A DNA stretch of 64,000 bases from Piedraia hortae CBS 480.64. Taxonomy: Eukaryota. Numbering within the stretch: position 1 is the first letter of the stretch; each line of letters opens with the position of its first letter. The notes below the pieces were generated by a model. It worked only from the letters and a program-made list of their open reading frames with translations. It did not search any database and was not told where the DNA came from. The stretch lies in the NCBI GenBank assembly GCA_010093745.1, contig MU005958.1:434001-498000 (forward strand). Direction: 5' to 3'. The position numbers and the translations under genes are program-made. This document shows, piece after piece, positions 32,372 to 41,029 of the stretch.

Positions 32372-34091
32372 CTTTTTGGGGGAGGGTGAGTATCGGTTGT
32401 TTGGGCAGAGGCTTGGGGAGCTTACGACTGAATGGATCTTTGGGAAGGAGTGACTGTTGCTGATGGGTTGATAGTTTACCCTTGTTGGGTGCTCCCACTG
32501 GAGGTGGGGAGTGGCGCAGGGGAGGTTTTTTTTATGCAAGCTTTCGCGCTATGACGCATGGGGAAGGTACGCTGGGGATAAAATTCCTACGCAATCGCGC
32601 GGGTGGGTGAGATGGTCTGTATCTACGAGGATTTCCATGGCTCGGTATGATACTCTACGCACGAGGTTCGGGTGCTTTGCACAGTGGGTGGCAGATCTTT
32701 GTATATATGAGAATATGATGGTGGATGACTTTTGAGGCAACATGACGAGAAGACTACACAGCTGCTGCTACGTCGCCGACAGGACCAGCCGATACTGTAC
32801 CATGATTGACCAGTTTATACGCCCCATATGCTCCCAGGAGCCTCTCTCGGCTCGGTTTTTCTGGTCGTCAATCCATTCGGAGAATCTATCGCCTTTGTCT
32901 TTAAACATGGAATCCGCAAGACATCTGCATTGACGCCAGGATTTAATTACTTTGACAACCGTGCGATGGTCGGCATCGGCGAGAAGGCTCTGGGGATGGT
33001 GTCAACCACTGCTACATACGAGGGAAGGGAAGCCCACGTCGATACACATGCAAGTGCAGGATATGGCAGGCACCTTGGACCCCTGATCTGAGAGGTTTGC
33101 ATTCTTTTCATCATCAGACATTCTAGGATTGCCTTGCAAACAGTCAGTAGTGTGGACTTGACTATGAGTGGACGTGGTACTTGACGAAACTCCGTGCAGG
33201 TCGATGTAAAAGAGAGTAGAAGAGAAAACGGAGCCAGGGATCTATTGCTATGAAGACGTATGCGTCTACGGTAACAATCTGGTGAACCAGTGTAAACGCC
33301 AAGGCGTGTGTGTCCACGGCAACCTTCGCCAAGGCTTAATGTCCCAAATGTATATGCCAAAATAAACGAAGATCATCACGCATCAAATACCTCAAGTAGC
33401 AAGACGCAATTGCCCTTTCACCTTTGAGACCACAAGAGGCACAAGAGGCACAAAAGGTCTCTGCTTAAGAGAAAGAGATAGATCGCCACCACGCAAACTT
33501 CAGCACATCATACCTCAGCTCACAGCCCACCCACCAGTTCCCAGTCCTTCATGACCGGACTGTCATTCGGAAGGCTGGACCGTATTTTCAATTTCAATCC
33601 CTTGTATTTCGGAAGGATGACCGAGCTTAAATAGAGGAAGGGGTGTTGGCGGTTCCGGTAGAGAGTTGTGAAAAGCGGGTATTATGGATCGAACGGAACA
33701 AGTAGGTTGATTGGGGTGGTAATGAAATGGTATCGCCCCACGTTGAAAGTAGAAAAGGACCACCAAAAGCTGCATAGCAAAAGCGAGTGACGATAAACCT
33801 TTACCTAGAACACCACACAGTCGCACTACCTTTGCATCTGTTCTTCGCCTGTTTCAGGGACCGCTGTGGCTCCTCGCCTCCGCTGTGCTCTAGCCCAGTC
33901 TGCTCTTGATGAGTAGGCAACGCTGGATATTCATGTAGCCCGTGGCTAGTTGGCATGCTCGGAAGAGTAGGCAATTTGGGTAATACCAAATTCATCGGTA
34001 ACTCTGAACTAGCTCCCGGTTCTGCACTGTGCATTGAAAGATCACGTGGCAGCCACTCTGGATCGTCTTCCATCTCTTCATCTAGGACGGG

Positions 34092-35114
34092 CTATTCTTC
34101 CATATTTGGAGATACTGGTGGTAAAGAATCAGAATTATCCTCCAGCTCCGGAGGCATTTGAATCTCCTTGTACCCATCTTCCAGCAGCCGGTCTCTCATC
34201 TCCAGATCCGTGTAAGACAGATAGTCCCATTCCGTATCCTCATACTCCTGTAGCATATACCCTGTTCCTGGACTTTCCTGGTGTTCTGGTTGGGTCGTAA
34301 ACAGACAAACGTCTTCTAAACTACTGCTGCGTCTGAAAGACACACGCAGGTTGAGGCTACGTCGAGCCTCCTTACGTAGGCGTTTAGTCCTTTCTGGAGT
34401 TGTTTCGTTGTGTGGACCAAAGACGGGAAGGTCTTCAACTTGGTAGTCGTTGGCAGCTGCTTCTCTCCTTTCTGCCAAGCGTGCTGATGTGCGCCGTTCG
34501 AACCTGGGAACTTTTACCCAACCCCCACTACTTGAACTGGCTTTGCGCTTCTTGCTGTTTATTGTATCGTATATTTGTGGTTCTGGAACTTCTGTGGGGC
34601 CGGTACTTCGAGGAATTTGTTCATGAATTGGAACTGGCGTTCCTGGCTGATTAATGAGAGTAAACGTTGCATTGTTTCCGGCCCAGCTGGCAGAATTGGC
34701 GCCCGATTCGCCATTTGTTGTACTAGCAGCTTGGAGTGGCTGTGGAACGGGATAATCTAGCATCATGCTGGATGGCGCCGGAAGATAACCAGAGCTACTA
34801 TTCTCATGGGTAGGTGCATTGGCAGATGATACTTGCATTTCTGCTTGCTGCTGTGTGATGGAAGTTAGTGACTCATCCATGGTCGTAGGGAGAGTGGATC
34901 TGTCATAATCATCACAATTTGGCTTGGCATCGCAAACTTCTAATGCTTCGGCCGCATCCAGAGCCGTACTTTTGAGGCTACCAGAAGAAGATTTTGCTGC
35001 AGTCGAGCAAGACTGGTCCGGGATGCTTTCCATTGTATGCGAATTGCTGATGGATGCTCGTTCCATTCTTGATTTTTGACGCTGTTTTTTCTTTCGTTTT
35101 GACATATTTCGCAT
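34092..35114 (-). CDS. Orphan low-complexity protein with basic NLS-like patches
   Basis: About 340-codon ORF (SKRKKKQRQK, KKRK, acidic C-terminus) with no recognisable family. The same frame continues past the TAG to 33801. Confidence 0.5.
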   Translation of the reverse strand: MRNMSKRKKKQRQKSRMERASISNSHTMESIPDQSCSTAAKSSSGSLKSTALDAAEALEVCDAKPNCDDYDRSTLPTTMDESLTSITQQQAEMQVSSANAPTHENSSSGYLPAPSSMMLDYPVPQPLQAASTTNGESGANSASWAGNNATFTLINQPGTPVPIHEQIPRSTGPTEVPEPQIYDTINSKKRKASSSSGGWVKVPRFERRTSARLAERREAAANDYQVEDLPVFGPHNETTPERTKRLRKEARRSLNLRVSFRRSSSLEDVCLFTTQPEHQESPGTGYMLQEYEDTEWDYLSYTDLEMRDRLLEDGYKEIQMPPELEDNSDSLPPVSPNMEE

Positions 35115-35921
35115 GCGACACAGGGGCACACGTGTCAGCTATAACAATGTGACGTAGAATGACAGCAAGATGTGGGTTGCTGAAGATGGTAAAAAACAAG
35201 CAGCGTGTGTGTAGAAGTGAGTTTGCAGCATTACTTTGGGAAAACTTTAGTATAAACATTGAACAGTACATCCTGCTTTATTCTCCTGCATGTGCGTTAT
35301 ACATGCTCAATTGCTTACTGAACGGGTTTGTTATACATACAAGGGCATGATGTCCCGACTCGAGAAAAGATCGACAAGATTGCCATGGGAGTGAACTGGA
35401 AAATGCAACCTTAGGGATGTACGGGTGGGCGGGTGGGGCTCAATTTTTCGATGGTGAATAAAAGTTCGGCATGAAGAGTCTTGGCATCCGTAGTGACCGG
35501 CCCGAGCCGCCCAGAGGTAATACAGTTGTGATAGCTGCAATCCGACCCAGGCATCGGGCAGAAATTTGCGCAAGTGACGGGAATATTCGCAAGGTATATT
35601 CGCCAGCCGATGAATCTTCAACATCATAGGAATCTCAAACTGTTGATTATGTGCCTTGAAAATGCCGTTAAAAAACAATATGCTAACTTCTTGACGACAT
35701 TGTCTTGATCTACTTTATGAAGGCCGTTGCTGCTCTGCACCAATCGCACACGGCGTGGAAGTGCACTGGAAAAGTCTTGGCCGACAATCAAACGTTTTAG
35801 CGTTGCGCTAGCGGGACATGAGCGGGCCGCTGCATGAAAATTTTGGTGGATTATGCGAAATGACGCAATTTACACACTCGGATATAATCTGGCAAGCCAG
35901 AAGCCAATCACACCGAGAAAT

Positions 35922-37094
35922 ATGACAGCAAATCTCGCACAGCTCGATGCTTCGCGCCTGACAAGACAGCTGACAAAAGAGCCACGACCGGTTCCCTCTC
36001 CCAATGGACCTGAGGCATGGGCACAAAACACCTGTACAGACCACATGATTGCCGTCAAATGGACAGCTGAGAAAGGCTGGGATGCGCCTGAGTTGAAGCC
36101 CTATGGCCCCCTTTCCATTATGCCAAGCGCCTCTGTTTTGCATTACGCAACCGAATGTTTCGAAGGGCTCAAGCTGTATCGCGGCTACGATAGCCGTTTA
36201 CGCCTCTTCCGCGTTGCGCGCAACTGTCAACGCATGCGCCAATCTGTTACTCGCGTCGCACTGCCTGATTTCGATCCAGTGCAGTTAGAAAAGCTGATAG
36301 TCGCATTGTCGGCTCAAGATGGATCCAAATGGCTGCCCCCAAGCCGCACTGGGGGCTTTCTTTATGTACGTCCAGCCATAATCGCCACTGATCCCAGCCT
36401 CGGTATACAGCGCCCAAAGGAGGCTTTGCTCTATATCATATTGGCAGTCTTTCCCGACATGAGTCTGTCAGACCTCACAGACGGACCTCCTTCAACCGGC
36501 CTCAAACTCCTAGCCTCGGACGAGAATACAATTCGCGCATGGCCTGGTGGTTTCGGCTACGCTAAAGTCGGTGCCAACTATGGCCCGTCGTTGGTGGCCC
36601 AAGGCGAGGCACGCTCACGTGGCTTTGATCAAGTTCTGTGGCTTTTTGGAGCAGAGAATTTCGTAACTGAGGCGGGTGGCAGCAACTTTTTTGTCGTTAT
36701 CAGAAGCTCTGAGAGCAACAAGGTGGAGCTCATAACTGCGCCATTAAAAGATCGCATCATCCTAGAGGGCGTTACTCGTGCATCCATTCTGGATTTGGCA
36801 CGAGAGCGCTTACAGACATCCAATGACGGAGTCGAAGCTGTGCAGGTTGTCGAAAAGCAATACACCATGGCTGAACTCATCGAGGCAAAAAACCAAGGTC
36901 GCTTACTAGAAGCATTTGCTGCCGGCACTGCCTTCTTTATCGCGCCCGTTAGTCGCATTCATTTCCGTGGCCAGGACATCGATATCCCAACAGATGGCGT
37001 GTACGCTAGAACAATAAGACGGTGGTTGGAAGATATTCAATATGGTCGTACACAGAATGAATGGGCCACATTAGTGACTGAGGCTGCGATGTAG
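35922..37094 (+). CDS. Branched-chain amino acid aminotransferase
   Basis: TDHM, LHYATECFEGLK, LYVRP, RAWPGGFGYAKVGANY, TEAGGSN, ILEGVTR and EAFAAGTA. An upstream in-frame ATG lies at 35853. Confidence 0.95.
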   Translation: MTANLAQLDASRLTRQLTKEPRPVPSPNGPEAWAQNTCTDHMIAVKWTAEKGWDAPELKPYGPLSIMPSASVLHYATECFEGLKLYRGYDSRLRLFRVARNCQRMRQSVTRVALPDFDPVQLEKLIVALSAQDGSKWLPPSRTGGFLYVRPAIIATDPSLGIQRPKEALLYIILAVFPDMSLSDLTDGPPSTGLKLLASDENTIRAWPGGFGYAKVGANYGPSLVAQGEARSRGFDQVLWLFGAENFVTEAGGSNFFVVIRSSESNKVELITAPLKDRIILEGVTRASILDLARERLQTSNDGVEAVQVVEKQYTMAELIEAKNQGRLLEAFAAGTAFFIAPVSRIHFRGQDIDIPTDGVYARTIRRWLEDIQYGRTQNEWATLVTEAAM

Positions 37095-37099
37095 GGGGC

Positions 37100-37549
37100 T
37101 CACTGCTCTCCATACGAGTCACGCAACAACTTTATAGATGACTTTGACAAAAAGACAGTTAGATGAGCCTGGGTTCTCACGGCTACGTCGCTGCTCTTTG
37201 GACCCATGCTCTCGAAGTAATCTTGGTCATCTTCTGCTTTGGTTGAATCTTCCTCTGCAACTTGTTCCGCGCCCTTCTCCACGAAAACTTGATCACATGA
37301 CACAGCGGTATACTGCTTACACGACACACCACGCGAAGCCAAGTCGCGCTTAGCAATCTCCACAATGCTGATCAACTTGGGGGCGGCCTTGCCGGTTGCC
37401 GCTAGGCTAACGACAACTGGTTTTTGCTTTTGCTGTGCCGTCAAAGACTCAATTATACGACCTGTGCGTTGTCTTATGGCCGTTGATTGCATTACGTTAA
37501 GCTTCACAACATCGTGCGTGTTTTCCAATATTCTTATCTCGTGCGCCAT
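37100..37549 (-). CDS. Alba-like nucleic-acid-binding protein (Rpp25/Pop6-like)
   Basis: VVVSLAATGKAAPKLISIVEIAKR, QYT, LTVFLS and C-terminal YGEQ. Confidence 0.7.
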   Translation of the reverse strand: MAHEIRILENTHDVVKLNVMQSTAIRQRTGRIIESLTAQQKQKPVVVSLAATGKAAPKLISIVEIAKRDLASRGVSCKQYTAVSCDQVFVEKGAEQVAEEDSTKAEDDQDYFESMGPKSSDVAVRTQAHLTVFLSKSSIKLLRDSYGEQ

Positions 37550-37977
37550 GGCAGCTAATGAATTCAAATGGGCAAATATCTTTGGTGGTTTGGATGTGGT
37601 GATGTCACACTAGTGCATTCTAGATAAACACGTCATTGGGCGGGACGCGACGGCACGTCAAACCAATCACGACGCGTTGTTTCCAAGTCAAGGGTGCGCG
37701 TTCCAGCCCGTTCCGCTTCCTCCCCCCTATCATACTCTGCTCGTCTTCTTCCATCGCTCCTTCCTACAACAACCTCGCCTAGTAACCACTCCCTTGTACC
37801 ACCATCGCACCCGTTCCTTTCCTTTACGCTGCAACGAATGTGTTATTAGTCTGTTAATGTTTCTTTCTCCCGCACCCTTCGACTTTCAAGTGGCAAGGCA
37901 AATTTGTTGTTTCCCCGTATCGGTCCGCTTACTCAGTTTCCATTGGACCGCCCAAACCTCGGGCGTCGCCGTGCACA

Positions 37978-39459
37978 ATGGAACATAAATTTGGTTTGCC
38001 TCAATACAACAACGGGTTCCAGATCGGCAAACATGGGCTGGGTCCGTTCGACACAAAGCGTTTTGATCTCGACATGTCGAGCAAAGCTAAGCGCAAACTC
38101 CCAGATGAATTTTCAGAGTCACCCATATCAAAGCGACCCTATGTTCCACCAATCAAGTTGGAGTTTCAACCGTCACATGGGCCCGTGGCAGGTCTTTTGA
38201 CACCTCTCTCCGCGGCCACGAATCATGCAGGCCATTTGACTCACTTTGACAATCTTGCGCTGGCGCAGATCATTGAAAACGAATTCAATTGGCAAATATT
38301 GCACAAGCACAACGAGCTTCGTCTAATTGAACAAGAGCTGGCAAAGTGTCAAGTTGCTCTTGAACAGTTACGCCGGTGCGAGCTCGTGCCTTTTCCTGGC
38401 ACCCAAGGCCTGTCAATGGCAGTGACCAAGGGCTTGGGACCGTGGGTAATCCCATCATCGGGCCAGCCACGTCCAAGTCATCCCCCACCTTGGGGCGTTA
38501 CCGATGGTCCATACTCTCGACACTACCAACAATGGCTTCTGCCCGATGCCAGATTCGATTCAACGGTAGCAACGGTTGGTCCTGCAGATGACCTTGGGAC
38601 GGTTCCAGCCCGATCCACGCGCAATGCAGCCGCATCCCGTCGTCTGAATCCTGCCACGCACATGCCCATGACTGCCAAAGTCGGCGACGTTTCCGGCAAC
38701 AAGGTTTCTCCATTAATCCTAAGAAGATCAACAGATGGAAAGTTTGTGAAGTTGATGTGCAACCACTGTGATCGGAGCAATTTTTCTAACATCCAAGGAT
38801 TCCTGAATCACTGCCGTCTTGCGCATAAGGTTGACTACAAGTCTCATGATGCCGCAGCAGTCGACTGTGGTCTCGTGGTAGATGAAGGTGAGGCTGCCCG
38901 GCTGCGCCTTCTGGCGTCGATGACGCCCAAGGAGGCCACCAGCCGATCAGCTGCCGCCACATCGCGTGTTCATCCTCTTAATCTTCCAACAGCTCGCACA
39001 AACATCTCTCCAGCTGTGCAAGCGATGGGCTCGACGCAAGCACCGCGGCTCTCTGCATTTCTGGCCAAGCGTGGCTTTAGCGCCAACTTGGATGATGCTA
39101 TCAACCACGCCAAATACAGAGAGCCGAGCGAGGCTGCTTCACCGGTACAGCCATCGCCCACCACCTTTTCGGCGGCTGGGCTGGTAAGCAGACGTCAATA
39201 TTCACCGCCTGCATCAACAACAATGGTCTCACCAGACCAGAGCCCTCATACGGCTGACAGCTACCCGGGACTGGTTAGTGATCGTGAAGACGACGATCAC
39301 GGTTCGGGATCAGAATACGAAGCACCAATGGCGGAGGCACCTTCTGTCGCAGTGCGAAGGACCTGTGTCGGCTCAATGGAGCTGACGGAAGAACATGTGG
39401 AGCAAGAGGATGGCGTAATGATCAGGAGGAGCAGCTTGGGAGATTCATTGCACCACTGA
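37978..39459 (+). CDS. AHC1: ADA histone acetyltransferase complex component Ahc1-like
   Basis: EFNWQILHKHNELRLIEQELAKCQVALEQLRRC, WGVTDGPYSRHYQQWL and zinc finger CNHCDRSNFSNIQGFLNHCRLAH. Confidence 0.8.
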   Translation: MEHKFGLPQYNNGFQIGKHGLGPFDTKRFDLDMSSKAKRKLPDEFSESPISKRPYVPPIKLEFQPSHGPVAGLLTPLSAATNHAGHLTHFDNLALAQIIENEFNWQILHKHNELRLIEQELAKCQVALEQLRRCELVPFPGTQGLSMAVTKGLGPWVIPSSGQPRPSHPPPWGVTDGPYSRHYQQWLLPDARFDSTVATVGPADDLGTVPARSTRNAAASRRLNPATHMPMTAKVGDVSGNKVSPLILRRSTDGKFVKLMCNHCDRSNFSNIQGFLNHCRLAHKVDYKSHDAAAVDCGLVVDEGEAARLRLLASMTPKEATSRSAAATSRVHPLNLPTARTNISPAVQAMGSTQAPRLSAFLAKRGFSANLDDAINHAKYREPSEAASPVQPSPTTFSAAGLVSRRQYSPPASTTMVSPDQSPHTADSYPGLVSDREDDDHGSGSEYEAPMAEAPSVAVRRTCVGSMELTEEHVEQEDGVMIRRSSLGDSLHH

Positions 39460-39818
39460 GTCGAGTTTGTACCATGTGTTTTATGCGTTTTGGCAGCCAT
39501 TTGGAACGACAGACCTGATAGGAGCAGCTTAAGGCTCATGAAAATTGTACAATAGAAGTGAATATACCGAACACTGACTCGCAAAGTATGCAGGCTGACG
39601 CTTGATTACCTAATCCGTTCATGCTTCAAGGATCCTTTCAAAGTCTGACGCAATCTTTGTGTTGCGACAGACAGCCACATACCGCCCCAAGCGCTTTTCC
39701 TTTTTGGGCTAAACGCCTCGAACCTTCCGAGGCGCGTGCGGCCTCACAATGGGTCACGTGGTGGGGTTGGCGCTGGGCCTTGCGCTTCCGTTTACCCTTC
39801 TTCCACAACACATCAGCC

Positions 39819-40829
39819 ATGTCATCACAGCGATATGAGAGAGTAAGTGCACACCTGTTGGCGGTGGGGCCGCATGCTGACGAGTCGTCGCAGATAGCAG
39901 AAGCGGCAGACGAAGACATTCCATCATCCCCACCACCGTCATTCAGGTCGCGATCCTCGAGGGAATGGTCGCGTCAGGACGAGGACGAGCGAGATCTGGA
40001 AGAAGCATTTGATGCGCCATCCGATAACGAAGATGAGGCGTCGGAGCGGCTGATGTCTGGTGGGGAGCGCAGTCGGTCACAGGGCGACGAAGAAGGCGAC
40101 CGAAGGCCACCAACTCAGCGTAGAGTGACGGAGGTTCCGACATTTGTGTCCACAGCACCGAGAGCGCAGGCCAATGACGGTGTTTGGGCGAATCTGAGTG
40201 CGAAACCGCGACCGGGAGATGATTTGGATGAAAAGCCGCCAACGTACGAACAGGCGGCGGCCGACCAGGCTCCTCCGTATTGGGAAACAGCGGTATTTTC
40301 CCCATACAGCATTTCGGGCAATCCAGACGATATCTTCGTGGACGACAAGCGGGTCGGTTCGCTGTTCTCCTTTGTCTGGAACGCTCTCATCTCCATGTCA
40401 TTCAACTTCGTCGGCTTCCTCCTTACCTACCTCTTGCACACGACCCACGCAGCTAAACAGGGTTCCCGAGCCGGTCTCGGGTTGACTCTGATCCAATACG
40501 GCTTCTCTCTCCGCCCTGACGGACCAAGCGACAGTGCAGGCGACCCAAACTCGCCCACCACGTTCGTCCCAGACAACCCGGACGCTCACAACTTTGATCC
40601 CAACGCCGTAAGCGGCAACGCCCCCTCTGGTCCTGTCATGGGCGCCATGACATCCATGGCCAACTGGTTACCGTGGGCGATGATGGTTCTGGGCTGGTTC
40701 ATCGTCATCAAAGCCATGTCAGATTACGTTGCGGCCCGACGACGCGAACAACTCATTCTTTCCAGTCCCGATCGCGGTTTGGGTGTCGCCATTGTCGCCG
40801 AGGGCGATTCACCAGAAACGAGCGTTTGA
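39819..40829 (+). CDS. BSD2: Rsp5 adaptor / metal homeostasis protein Bsd2
   Basis: NDGVWANLSAKP, PPTYEQAAADQAPPYWET (PY motifs) and FVGFLLTYLLHTTHAAKQGSRAGLG. Intron 39843-39893. Confidence 0.9.
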   Translation: MSSQRYERVSAHLLAVGPHADESSQIAEAADEDIPSSPPPSFRSRSSREWSRQDEDERDLEEAFDAPSDNEDEASERLMSGGERSRSQGDEEGDRRPPTQRRVTEVPTFVSTAPRAQANDGVWANLSAKPRPGDDLDEKPPTYEQAAADQAPPYWETAVFSPYSISGNPDDIFVDDKRVGSLFSFVWNALISMSFNFVGFLLTYLLHTTHAAKQGSRAGLGLTLIQYGFSLRPDGPSDSAGDPNSPTTFVPDNPDAHNFDPNAVSGNAPSGPVMGAMTSMANWLPWAMMVLGWFIVIKAMSDYVAARRREQLILSSPDRGLGVAIVAEGDSPETSV

Positions 40830-41029
40830 ACCTTGATGGATTCATGTAGCCTTTTTGTCATTTTGATACCTAGCAATATCCGGAGGAAAAAAAACAACAT
40901 GCGTGATACCTACTCTATAGTATATATTCCACTTGAGAAAAAGACTAGAGAAGGCACACGCACGAACTACGCATGAATTGAAAAATGTTTTTGATTGGTA
41001 TCTCGTCTTTTTGTTTTCCATTAGTAAAG

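Noticed and set aside
33431..33457. CACAAGAGG x3 repeat
   Set aside because: Ordinary short slippage repeat with no spacer structure.
997..37094. Amino-acid metabolism 'cluster' (ILV6, ARG3, metR, BCAT)
   Set aside because: The genes are dispersed among unrelated genes over 36 kb, with no evidence of a functional cluster.
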